Part shown: positions 39,642-49,103 of the stretch, piece after piece
Layout of the letters: each line of letters starts with the position of its first letter
Numbering within the stretch: the stretch's first letter is position 1
From: an uncultured archaeon
Lineage (GTDB): Archaea; Thermoplasmatota; Thermoplasmata; Thermoplasmatales; Thermoplasmataceae
Assembly: GCA_000965745.1 (NCBI GenBank)
Contig: CP009479.1
Location: 1,600,001-1,664,000 of the forward strand
Direction: 5' to 3'
DNA: 64,000 bases
Translations under genes and position numbers: made by a program
Notes under the pieces: model-generated
Database searches by the model: none
The model's input: the letters and a program-made list of their open reading frames with translations, nothing else
Told to the model about the DNA's origin: nothing

Positions 39642-39999
39642 TGAAGTTTATGAAAGTTTAACTCATCGTCTTTGTTATCCATGTAAATTATGAAACCCCC
39701 AATCAAGTAATCTGAAATCCAAGATGAAATGGCAAACATTCATAACAGTGAGAGAAGGAGCATGTCTCTTAGTGAAAAGGAGAGACTTGCAGTATCACTG
39801 GTTCTGAAACACTGGGTGCGCCTTAATGAAATAATCAAGGCAAATGGATAAGTGCACTTCTGAAATATTACAAGTACTATCTGCAGTTATCTCAACTATG
39901 AAAGGCTAATCTCCAAGCCCTAGTGTTATGGAACATTAGAGATTCACAAAGACATGTTTTGGGAGAAAGACTAAATATATTCATTGAAATAACAGGCTG

Positions 40000-40209
40000 T
40001 TGAGATACCACGTAATACTAGTAAGAGAAGAGGACGGAACATATTCAGTTCTCGTACCCTCTCTCCCAGGATGTTACTCTCTGGGGGACACAAGAGAGGA
40101 AGCTCTTCAGAACATCAAGGATGCCATAAATTTACACGTCGAAGGGCTTAGGGAAAAGGGCTGGGCTGTTCCTGAAGATGGAGAAGAACTGGTAGAAGTA
40201 GATGCCTAA
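40000..40209 (+). CDS. hicB: HicB-family antitoxin
   Basis: EEDG.Y.V.VPSLPGC.S.GDT.EEAL.NI.DAI. Confidence 0.9.
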   Translation: MRYHVILVREEDGTYSVLVPSLPGCYSLGDTREEALQNIKDAINLHVEGLREKGWAVPEDGEELVEVDA

Positions 40210-40429
40210 GGCGCCGGTCGTAACTGCTGAAAAGTTAATCAAAGTCCTGGCAAAGAAAGGTTTTGTTTTTGAAAGACAGAAAGGTAGCCATGTGAGGCTG
40301 AGCAGACAGAGTGATAAGAAGCAGGTAACATTACCTGTGCATCCTGGACGCCCTCTTCCAAGACGCGTGCTTGAAAGCATTCTCGATGTTGCTGGAATCT
40401 CTCATGAGGAATTAGTGGAACTTTTGTGA
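40202..40429 (+). CDS. hicA: HicA-family toxin
   Basis: GF..RQKGSH...VTLPVH. Confidence 0.9.
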   Translation: MPKAPVVTAEKLIKVLAKKGFVFERQKGSHVRLSRQSDKKQVTLPVHPGRPLPRRVLESILDVAGISHEELVELL

Positions 40430-40436
40430 ATAGAAT

Positions 40437-40870
40437 TCAGTAATCTAACTTTTCATCATTTTTTGCAAACACTGTAGCTAGAAAAATTCCCCTTTGCAAC
40501 AGGTCAACCTTTCCTTTGTTGTATAGTTCTTTACTTCTATTCCGTTCGATACTTCCTTCAATGCTTTCGAACAAGTGCTGTTCATCAACACCCTCAGGAA
40601 CAGGGTAATTTATTCCATTGTTCTTCCTGTATACGGAAGGTCGACTGCCTTTGCGTATCCATAGCGAAATGGTCATTCCAATAACAAAAAATACCGGAGC
40701 AATAATAGGTAGCAATAACTGCACCTTTGAAGTATACATTGTCTGAGTTTCGCCTGGATATAGGACTTTGGGAATTACTGCGGCCAATATAATTCCAAGT
40801 ATAGCAAATCCACCAACAATAGCGAGGTCTATTCTTCTGTTGCCATAGCGGTTAAATTTCACTTTTGGTT
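40437..40870 (-). pseudogene. membrane protein, probably 5'-truncated by IS3
   Basis: Two TM segments; the 5' end abuts the IS3 end. Confidence 0.5.
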
Positions 40871-40911
40871 TGGTCCCCTAATTGTGGACAGGATTGGCTT
40901 ATGAGTCATGC

Positions 40912-41808
40912 TCATTCTTCTATTAGATTTTCTTTCCATCTTTCATAAACCTCCCTTGGTGCTTTATAGCCTATGGCTGAGTGTAGTCTCTCGTTGTTGT
41001 AGAATGCAATGAACCTATCAATGGTGTCATCAGCATCCTGGAATGAAGAGAACTCGAACCTTCTGATCACTTCCTTCTCAAGGATGGAATTGAAGGATTC
41101 GATGAAACCGTCCTCCTTGGGCGTTGCAGGATGGATCCTCTCATGTTCGATATGGGATGAAGCGAGAAACAGCTCCACTATCCGTGATACGAATTGAGTC
41201 CCATTATCACTGCGGATCCTGACACTGGATATTGCCTCTATTCCCCTGTCCATGAAGGCAAAATCCATTGCCATCTTCACATCTGAAGAGGTGCAGTGGT
41301 ATCCCAGGTACTTTCCGACAACTTCTCTTGTATAACAGTCAATCATTGCAAACAGGTATGCTGTCCGATTCTCTCCCTGTATGTACACATACTTGATGTC
41401 CATCTCCCAGACTTTATTCGGGTTATGAACCCTGACAATGGATTCAACCACCCTCTTTGCAGGGCTGCGGTAGTTGTATGTGTGGTTGAGAAGATGGTTC
41501 TCTTTCATGATGCGGAAGACCTTCTTCCTGTTGATCCTGTAGCCAGTGCGCTGCAAATGTTTGGTGACCTTCCTGTATCCATAGCATACAAATTCCCTTG
41601 ACAGCAACTCAATGATGTCGGCAAGGACCTGATCATCGGGAATCATTATGATATCCTGGCCAACAATGCGTTCAGTCATCGATGAAGGCTTCCTCCCTCT
41701 CTTGAGATGCAATGCAGGCGATGAATGATAGAATGTGCTCCGTGGTATCCTTAGAAGTTCCAGGATTCTGGTCGTTGAGAGCCCACGTCCAGCATACTCA
41801 TTGATCAA
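40912..41808 (-). CDS. IS3 OrfB (DDE integrase core)
   Basis: WEMDI, SDNGTQF, ESFN and YN.ERLHS motifs. Confidence 0.93.
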   Translation of the reverse strand: MINEYAGRGLSTTRILELLRIPRSTFYHSSPALHLKRGRKPSSMTERIVGQDIIMIPDDQVLADIIELLSREFVCYGYRKVTKHLQRTGYRINRKKVFRIMKENHLLNHTYNYRSPAKRVVESIVRVHNPNKVWEMDIKYVYIQGENRTAYLFAMIDCYTREVVGKYLGYHCTSSDVKMAMDFAFMDRGIEAISSVRIRSDNGTQFVSRIVELFLASSHIEHERIHPATPKEDGFIESFNSILEKEVIRRFEFSSFQDADDTIDRFIAFYNNERLHSAIGYKAPREVYERWKENLIEE

Positions 41809-42107
41809 CGCGGTTTCCTCCTCGTTTTTTTATATGCTTCCTGGAGCAGTGATACCTCCAGTTCCTTCTCTGCAAGCATCTTCTTCAATCTCTCGTTCTC
41901 CTTCTTCAGCTTTCTGAGGCCTGGTTCCAAGGACCTTGTACGGGATCTGAGCCCATCCATGCCTAGTGCATCGAAGGCCTGTTTCCAACGGTAGAACATG
42001 GATGGATCCACAGAATATTTTCTGCAGGTTTCAACGACATGTCCGCTTTCTTTGATCTCGTTGATGAGTGCCAGTTTCTCTTCCGCTTTCCAGTATCTGC
42101 GAGTCAT
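41805..42107 (-). CDS. IS3 OrfA (HTH plus leucine zipper)
   Basis: EEKL..I..YRWK...LKKENERLK. Confidence 0.9.
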   Translation of the reverse strand: MTRRYWKAEEKLALINEIKESGHVVETCRKYSVDPSMFYRWKQAFDALGMDGLRSRTRSLEPGLRKLKKENERLKKMLAEKELEVSLLQEAYKKTRRKPR

Positions 42108-42314
42108 TTCCCCCTAGAACCCCCCTATATATACTTTTCTATTACTATAAGCCAATGTTGTCCAATTATTTAAGGGGCCAGCACACTTTTACCGTAAGAA
42201 TCCCCCATAAAGAAATTCGGATATCGTGCTTGAGCTATCCCAAAAACCCCTCCACAAACCTTTTTCATGACCTCATGATCAAATAGTTTTAACCTGCTGC
42301 AATCAAGCTTCCCG

Positions 42315-42422
42315 GAGTGGTACAAGGAAGTTGAGTCACTTGGAGATCCACTTTTGGGTATTACCGGCAGAATTGACTTCGAGAAAATCAAGCCGATCCT
42401 CTCGGACCTGTATGAAGGCTAA
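42315..42422 (+). pseudogene. IS5-family transposase N-terminal fragment
   Basis: YKEVESLGDPLLGITGRIDFEKIKPILSDLY*. Confidence 0.6.
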
Positions 42423-42456
42423 AAATCTATAATCTAACTTAAATAAAATAAAGTCA

Positions 42457-42978
42457 TTATTTTACAAAGGGCGTGCTGAGCTTCAGGGCGTTGATCAGAA
42501 AATCGTCTGATACCCCTACATATTTCTCATACCTGGCTACACCGTAACGCCTTACTATATCCCAGACTTCAGAGTTGACTTCATAGCTTTCGGGATACTC
42601 GTACACTTCTTCTCTGTTGAATATCTCAGTCTCCTCCTTCTGGTTGTGTTCAAGAAGAGTTTCAAAGAATAGCTCTATTCTTGTATCTATCAAGTCGTCC
42701 CTCCCCTGGGATTTCCATTTTATGAGATTCAGGGCAAGGGTCTCAAGCAACTTGTGATCTGCAGAAATCCTCTTTATGCTCTCTTGTAGGTCATCAGGCA
42801 TCCTCAGGTATGCAAGCATGCGTGGAAAAAAGATCATGTCCTCAGTCATTGCGTGAACATTGAAAACGAAATCCTTGAGCCCCAGGAAAGTCTCATACCT
42901 GTTTTCCGGTGTTATATTATTGATGTACTTCTTGATAGCGAGATGTTCAATCTTGAGCATTTCAATGATATTCCGCAT
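42457..42978 (-). CDS. hemerythrin-like domain protein
   Basis: EH...HAMTED.IFFP...DH...HNQKEE..IF. Confidence 0.8.
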   Translation of the reverse strand: MRNIIEMLKIEHLAIKKYINNITPENRYETFLGLKDFVFNVHAMTEDMIFFPRMLAYLRMPDDLQESIKRISADHKLLETLALNLIKWKSQGRDDLIDTRIELFFETLLEHNQKEETEIFNREEVYEYPESYEVNSEVWDIVRRYGVARYEKYVGVSDDFLINALKLSTPFVK

Positions 42979-43241
42979 GAATTCAAATATAAGGCTGTTT
43001 TATTATACGCTATCCTAACATGTTAAGTATAAATGTGTGGAATAAGTCACATTTCCTATTTAATCGGGCTCCACATGTGTTGTATCGGTATTCCTGCAGC
43101 CCGGAAACAAGCCGATAGCCATGGCATGACGTGATAGAAACCCGCTGTGCAATGAGAAAATCCGAAGCAGTATGGCCTGTGCAGGAGGATAGTAAAGCGT
43201 CAATAATATCTACCAGATTCCAATGGAGGTTGGAAAAAATC

Positions 43242-44069
43242 ATGAAGGCCAGAACAGGCTTCTTAGGGCCCAGGGGGACATGGACCGAGGAAGCTGCAAT
43301 GTCCTTTTCGGACTCCCTGGAACTTATTCCGTACAGCAATATATGCAATATAGTGGATGACGTTGACAGCGGCAGGCTGACCTATGGTGTAATCCCGGTA
43401 GAAAATTCAATTGGAGGGGGTGTAGTTGATACGCTTGACTGCCTTGCCAACAGCAGGGATGCGCTCATAATTTCTGAGAAGATAATGAACATCAACCATG
43501 TTCTCATGTCTTCCGGGGAGTTGGAGCAGATTGAGGTCGTAATATCTCATCAGAACGCAATAGCTCAGTGCAGGAAGACCATAGCAAATCGCCTGCCTGC
43601 TGCCAGAGTGGATTTTTCAAGTTCAACAGCTGAAGCTGGCAGGATCGCCTCGACTGACAGCAGTGTTGGTGTTGTCGGAAGCAGAAGAATTGCGGAATTG
43701 TATGATCTCAGAATTCAGTCTGAGAGGATGTCGGACCTCAAGGACAACTACACCAGATTCGTCATGATTGGAAAGGAATTTTCAGGAAGAACTGGCAAGG
43801 ATCGCACTTCGATATGCGTTACTCTGAAGAAGAACGAATACGCATCCCTTTGGAGGTTTCTGGGCATCTTTGCAGCTCTGAAGATCAACCTTTCCCGTAT
43901 AGAGTCCAGGCCTGATCCCGTTTCTCCGGGAGAGTACAAGTTCTTCTTTGATATGTTCGGGCACAGGGACGATATGGAGGTATCGATTGCACTGAATGCG
44001 ATAAAAACATACTGCTCTACTGTCAGCATACTCGGCTCATACCCGAGGGAAGAGTGGCCAAGAGCATAG
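43242..44069 (+). CDS. pheA: prephenate dehydratase
   Basis: FLGPRGT, PVENS..G and NYTRF motifs; ACT domain with IESRP; GGAGG SD. Confidence 0.93.
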   Translation: MKARTGFLGPRGTWTEEAAMSFSDSLELIPYSNICNIVDDVDSGRLTYGVIPVENSIGGGVVDTLDCLANSRDALIISEKIMNINHVLMSSGELEQIEVVISHQNAIAQCRKTIANRLPAARVDFSSSTAEAGRIASTDSSVGVVGSRRIAELYDLRIQSERMSDLKDNYTRFVMIGKEFSGRTGKDRTSICVTLKKNEYASLWRFLGIFAALKINLSRIESRPDPVSPGEYKFFFDMFGHRDDMEVSIALNAIKTYCSTVSILGSYPREEWPRA

Positions 44070-44110
44070 AAGCTCTCCGGCAGGACTTGAAATCGATAAA
44101 ATGAGTGTTC

Positions 44111-45019
44111 CTAAAGGAATCTTATCCTCGTCTCAAGTTCTCCAACCTGTTCAATGCCGGCCTGAACAAGATCTCCATCCTTGAGGTATTCCCCAGTCAT
44201 GGACCCGTTTTTCAAAGGTGTTCCGGTCGATATTATGTCCCCCGGCTCAAGGGTAATTCCTTTTGAAATGTATTCAAGGAGGGCCGGGATCTTGTGGGTG
44301 ATTGTATCTGTTCTTGCGCTCTGCTGTGTCTTGCCGTTTATGCGTACCTTGATCTCAAGATTATAGGGGTCCTTTACCTCGTCCTTTGTGACCATCCATG
44401 GACCCATCGGGGCTGCATTGTCCAGATTCTTCAGTCTCAGCCAGTTGACTTTGTGAATCGGTGAAGGGTGAGCCCTAAGGTCCCTGAAACTGAAATCATT
44501 CATCACTGTGTAGCCTGCCACACAGTCCATCGCTTCATCTTTTGAGACATCCTTGCATCTTTTCCCTATCACGAGCGCCAGTTCAATCTCATTGTCAGGC
44601 TGCCTTGAATATTCCGGAACGTTGACGGTCCCTTTATGGCCCAGAAGGCCGTTTGGAAGTTTTATGAAAACATAAGGCTCCTGCGGGGGTTTAGCCCCGG
44701 GCTCCGGTGCATGGGAGCTGTAGTTTATTCCCACCATCAGCATCTTGCTTGGCTTCAGAACAGGCGGAAGATACTCAATATTTCCCTCCTGGACGATGCA
44801 GGACTGTTCATTTCCATTCCTGCCCTCAAGAAGCTTCTTGAGGATTTCAAACGCATGCTCTCCACCTTTGAGAAGACAATCAACTGAATCGAACCAGTCC
44901 GGCGCATTTGATGCATATCTGGTCTCGAACAGTTTCCTGACATCCAGCAATTCTCCATTTTTGAACGTTCCAAGCCGTGGGCTGGAATTCTCTGTATATC
45001 TGTAATTCAGCAGCTTCAT
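44111..45019 (-). CDS. fumarylacetoacetate hydrolase family protein
   Basis: GINY..H, D.EIEL, ND.S.RD and GDIISTGTP motifs. Confidence 0.92.
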   Translation of the reverse strand: MKLLNYRYTENSSPRLGTFKNGELLDVRKLFETRYASNAPDWFDSVDCLLKGGEHAFEILKKLLEGRNGNEQSCIVQEGNIEYLPPVLKPSKMLMVGINYSSHAPEPGAKPPQEPYVFIKLPNGLLGHKGTVNVPEYSRQPDNEIELALVIGKRCKDVSKDEAMDCVAGYTVMNDFSFRDLRAHPSPIHKVNWLRLKNLDNAAPMGPWMVTKDEVKDPYNLEIKVRINGKTQQSARTDTITHKIPALLEYISKGITLEPGDIISTGTPLKNGSMTGEYLKDGDLVQAGIEQVGELETRIRFL

Positions 45020-45240
45020 TTTCCGTCCCTTCTGAGAGTATTATCGTGCACTGTATTAGAAATTTACCATTATGCAATTTTTTCCGGAACAAATGTGGAG
45101 CATGACGTAAAGTGGGCATTTCCTCACGTAATGATACGAGAACGGATTTTTGTGTAATGCCTTATCAGGCATATCACAGATAATTGTGCATTGCCTCCGG
45201 CGTGCAAAATATATTTAGATATAATGTATGAGGGATTTAG

Positions 45241-46341
45241 GTGGGTTATTCGGAAGACAGTGCAAAGCAGGAAAAACGTTCTATTGACAGAAGGCTGATA
45301 CTTTTCTTTGCGGTTAACATATCTGTTACTGCTCTACTATTCCTGGTTCTTTTCGGAATCTCATCCACATTCACTGCAGGAACAAAAAAAATAATTCTTT
45401 CCTCTGGCATAATCACTTCAAATTTCATTTACCTTGGAGTCCTCGCTCTGCTTTTCGGCTTGAGGCATTCAGTGGATGCAGACCACATAGCTGCAATAGA
45501 CACGTCTACTAGAAAGCTCATAAATGAGGGAAAACGTTCCGAATTTGCTGGATTCTTCTTCAGCATGGGCCACTCCACCGTGGTATTCGCGCTGTCGGTT
45601 TTACTCATGACATCCACAAGGTACGTTACCAGCCACCTGCCCAGCTTAGAGACCCTGGGGTCAGTCATAGGGCCTCTTGTCAGTTCAACCTTCCTATTCA
45701 TAATGGCTGCGATAAACCTATCCATTCTATTCGGACTACGTGCCATTTTCCACAGGGCCCTCAAAGATGACGACGCCGGGAGATTGAGCATTGATGATTT
45801 AATAGGCAGAATGGGGATACTCAACAGAGTACTGAAAGGCCTTTTTTCTTCAGTGAAGAGCCAGGCATATCTATACCCCATAGGCCTTCTGTTCGGGCTT
45901 GGTTTCGACACCGCCTCTGAAGTGGTAGTTTTATCCATTTCAGCTACTCTTGCCGGACTTTTCGTCCATGTTCCACTATACGTTCTTCTCATATTCCCTG
46001 CATTCTTCACTCTTGGAATGACCCTTATTGACACGACTGACGGGTATATGATGTTCAGAGCCTACAGATGGGCATTTTCGGATCCGGTGAAGAAACTCTG
46101 GTATAACATGGTGCTCACAGCTGCCTCAGTCGCCTTTGCAGTTCTGGCAGGCGGCTTCGAGATCATATCCACAGTTACGGGATATTTTGGCCTCAATGGT
46201 TTTCCGTGGGCATTTTTTGAATCGGTATCCAACACCTACTGGTACGTTCTTGGAATTCTCATAATCTCGGTATTTGTTGTCATAGGTCTGCTCTCATACA
46301 TGAGGTATAGAAAGTACCTGGTTTCGAGGACAACCAGTTAG
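45241..46341 (+). CDS. NiCoT (HoxN/NixA) nickel/cobalt permease
   Basis: RHSVDADHIAAID, FFSMGHSTVV and GLGFDTASEV motifs. Confidence 0.93.
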   Translation: MGYSEDSAKQEKRSIDRRLILFFAVNISVTALLFLVLFGISSTFTAGTKKIILSSGIITSNFIYLGVLALLFGLRHSVDADHIAAIDTSTRKLINEGKRSEFAGFFFSMGHSTVVFALSVLLMTSTRYVTSHLPSLETLGSVIGPLVSSTFLFIMAAINLSILFGLRAIFHRALKDDDAGRLSIDDLIGRMGILNRVLKGLFSSVKSQAYLYPIGLLFGLGFDTASEVVVLSISATLAGLFVHVPLYVLLIFPAFFTLGMTLIDTTDGYMMFRAYRWAFSDPVKKLWYNMVLTAASVAFAVLAGGFEIISTVTGYFGLNGFPWAFFESVSNTYWYVLGILIISVFVVIGLLSYMRYRKYLVSRTTS

Positions 46342-46479
46342 CGCCTTCTGATACTGGTTTAATCAGCGCGTCTGATCTTCAACTGCAAGTTGTTGCGTAG
46401 ACTGTTCCATTAATAAGGTATTTTTATCGCAAAACTTCCTGAAAACAAAATTTATCTATAACTCCCTTCTATCAAAATT

Positions 46480-47580
46480 ATGAACAGCAAGCTGGAAGAG
46501 TTGGCGAAGAGGTTTGAAAAGGAGCGAAAACCTACATACTACCAGGATTGGGTCAGGAAGGAGGGGCTGCGCATCATTTCTGGCCATTACATTTACGATC
46601 TCAGGGACGTTGAGCTTGACCCCTGGGAAAGAAGGGGAGGTTCAGCAGTTTTCATAAACCATGAAGATTCCCACAATTCAAATGACTGCTATATCTGCGA
46701 AATTCCACCGGAAGGGCAGCTGAAACCACAGAGGCAGCTCTATGAAGAGATGATCTACGTCCTGGATGGGCAGGGCGCAACTAGAGTGTGGAATGATGCG
46801 GGTGACAAGGTATCTTTCGAATGGCACTCTGGATCCCTTTTTGCCATTCCGCTAAATTCATGGCACGAACATTTCAACACATCAGGGAAGAGGCCTGCCA
46901 GATTCATTTCCGTCACCAATATGCCGGTCGTCATGAACCTGTTCGAGGATGACGATTTTGTCTTTAACACCAAGTTTGATTTCAAGAGCAGATTTTCCGG
47001 CCGATCCGACTACTATGATGCAAAAGACCAGCCGGAAGGTTTCTTCCTTGACACTAACTTTGTACCGGATGTAAGGACGTTGAAGCTTGTTAATGCAAAG
47101 GAGAGAGGAGCCGGCGGAGGTCACATAAGATTTAATCTTGCCAGGGGAACGATGAACAGCCATATCTCGGAATACCCTGTGGGGACTTACAAGAAGGCAC
47201 ACAGGCACGGACCGGGTGCACACGTGGTGATTCTCAGCGGCCAGGGGTACACCCTGATGTGGCCGGAGGGTGAGGAAATAAAGAAATACCCTTGGAAAGA
47301 AGGAAGTATGGTAGTTCCTCCAAACCTGTGGTTCCATCAGCATTTCAATACAGGACCACAGCCTGCCAGGTACCTTGCCTTGAAATATGAGGGAACCGCC
47401 ATAAGGAATGAACTGGGAATACCCAAAGCCTGGATAAGCACCAAGCTTGGTGGTGACCAGCTTGACTACTCAGACGAGAGTACCGAGATCAGAAAGATGT
47501 TTGAGGAGGAGCTGAGAAATAACAATGTTGAATCAAAAATGGCACCTTTCTATGCAAAGGAACTGGAGGAGAGCTCCTGA
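46480..47580 (+). CDS. bicupin protein (EutA-associated)
   Basis: Domain 1: QRQLYEE..WHEHFN. Domain 2: AHRHGPG..WFHQHFN. Confidence 0.85.
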   Translation: MNSKLEELAKRFEKERKPTYYQDWVRKEGLRIISGHYIYDLRDVELDPWERRGGSAVFINHEDSHNSNDCYICEIPPEGQLKPQRQLYEEMIYVLDGQGATRVWNDAGDKVSFEWHSGSLFAIPLNSWHEHFNTSGKRPARFISVTNMPVVMNLFEDDDFVFNTKFDFKSRFSGRSDYYDAKDQPEGFFLDTNFVPDVRTLKLVNAKERGAGGGHIRFNLARGTMNSHISEYPVGTYKKAHRHGPGAHVVILSGQGYTLMWPEGEEIKKYPWKEGSMVVPPNLWFHQHFNTGPQPARYLALKYEGTAIRNELGIPKAWISTKLGGDQLDYSDESTEIRKMFEEELRNNNVESKMAPFYAKELEESS

Positions 47581-47605
47581 AATTTCATCAGGCTGTGCAA
47601 CTTAA

Positions 47606-49084
47606 ATGAGCAATGAGGATCCCCCGACATTCGCCATACAGCATGATGAGGGTTGGGACATAGATTCGGTGAAACTCACCACAATTGGCATAGACATAGG
47701 GACTTCCAGCACCATTGTATCTGTGGCCTCCCTTAGCATGAAGAGGATGGCGCGAGACCTTTCCAGCCAGTTCACTGTTGTATCGAGGCGCGAGAATCAT
47801 GGTTCCAGGATAATGTTCACACCCTATACCGGTGACGAACGAATAGACGGAGATGCTCTTAAAAAGATGATTGATGAATTCTATTCGGAGCATGGTGTCA
47901 GGCCTGACGATGTCGACACCGGTGTGGTTATTCTCACGGGCGAAGCTTTGCTGAAGAAGAACTCTGAAGCGGTTGCCAATATTGTATCTCTTGGAAGGGG
48001 CAGGTTCGTGACCATAGCCGCCGGGCACCTGATGGAAGCCACTCTTGCAGCATTCGGCTCAGGGGCTGTTGAACTCTCAAAGAAAGAGGGAAAACGCATT
48101 CTGAATATTGATATTGGCGGTGGAACCACTAAACTCTCAGTTATTGAGAACGGTGAGATCGAGTCCGTCCAGGCAGTTCGTGTGGGTGGGCACACCATAG
48201 TGAGGGGGCCTGATGGAAGAATCACACGCATAGAGGAATCGGGGAAGGCAGTTCTTGAATGGCTCGGTTATGAATCAAATCCAGGAGATCTGCTGGATGA
48301 TGGAGCAATGGAAAAAGTGTCAGAATTCCTCGCACACTCCTTATTTGATGCCATTTTTGACGCAAAGAGTAATGACATAATCCCGGATTTCACACTCACG
48401 CCCTTAAGTGCTCCTCCCGGGAAAGATGTTGATGCTTTTGTAGTTTCAGGCGGCGTGGGTGAACATTTCTACGACCCGGATACCGAAGATTTTGGGGACC
48501 TCGGGAAAGGAATTGCCACGGTTCTCAGAAAAAGGCTTTCGGAGAGTGATATCAGCATCATGAGGCCGGATCACTGCATCCGGGCAACAGTAATGGGGCT
48601 GTCCCAGTACACCGCTCAAATCAGCGGAAGCACAGTCTATGTTTCGGATGAGAATGCACTTCCGCTCTTCAATATCAGAACGGTCAAAATCGAGGCGGAT
48701 CTCATCGGAGATATTGACAGTGAAAAGTTGAGGCAGAGAATCAAGGAAAGAACGGAGATGTTCGAAGTTGATGTTTCAAGCCCGTTTGCTATGTTTTTTC
48801 ATTGGGATGGAGCCCCCTCCTACAGAAGGCTGAGGGCATTCTGCGAGGGCATAATCAGGTTCGTCGGCTCAATTGATGAAGGGGCCCCGCCACTTATTCT
48901 GATCTTCGATGAGGACGTTGCTTGGATAATCGGAGATATGTTAAAAAGTGAGATGGGAGTAAGGCGAAAGGTTGTCTGCGTGGATGGAGTTTCCCTTGGA
49001 GATCTGGAATTCATAGATATTGGCAGCAAGATATATCCTGCGGGTGTACTTCCCCTGACGGTAAAATCACTCCTCTTCCATTAA
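47606..49084 (+). CDS. EutA-like ASKHA ATPase (reactivase family)
   Basis: GIDIGTSST, TGVVILTGE, AGH.MEA.LA..GSGA, DIGGGTTK, SGGVGE, IRATV.G and P.TVKSL motifs. Confidence 0.88.
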   Translation: MSNEDPPTFAIQHDEGWDIDSVKLTTIGIDIGTSSTIVSVASLSMKRMARDLSSQFTVVSRRENHGSRIMFTPYTGDERIDGDALKKMIDEFYSEHGVRPDDVDTGVVILTGEALLKKNSEAVANIVSLGRGRFVTIAAGHLMEATLAAFGSGAVELSKKEGKRILNIDIGGGTTKLSVIENGEIESVQAVRVGGHTIVRGPDGRITRIEESGKAVLEWLGYESNPGDLLDDGAMEKVSEFLAHSLFDAIFDAKSNDIIPDFTLTPLSAPPGKDVDAFVVSGGVGEHFYDPDTEDFGDLGKGIATVLRKRLSESDISIMRPDHCIRATVMGLSQYTAQISGSTVYVSDENALPLFNIRTVKIEADLIGDIDSEKLRQRIKERTEMFEVDVSSPFAMFFHWDGAPSYRRLRAFCEGIIRFVGSIDEGAPPLILIFDEDVAWIIGDMLKSEMGVRRKVVCVDGVSLGDLEFIDIGSKIYPAGVLPLTVKSLLFH

Positions 49085-49103
49085 TTTCTTTTGAGAATCG
49101 AAA

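Larger units (their letters stand above)
40871..42180 (-). mobile_element. IS3-family element, 1310 bp
   Basis: TG..CA ends; IRs TGGTCCCCTAATTGTGGACAGGATTGGCTTAT / TGGCCCCTTAAATAATTGGACAACATTGGCTTAT; A7 -1 frameshift site at 41825-41831. Confidence 0.93.

Noticed and set aside
47606-49084. Ethanolamine utilisation (eut) operon
   Set aside because: No eutB/eutC or microcompartment genes are in the window.
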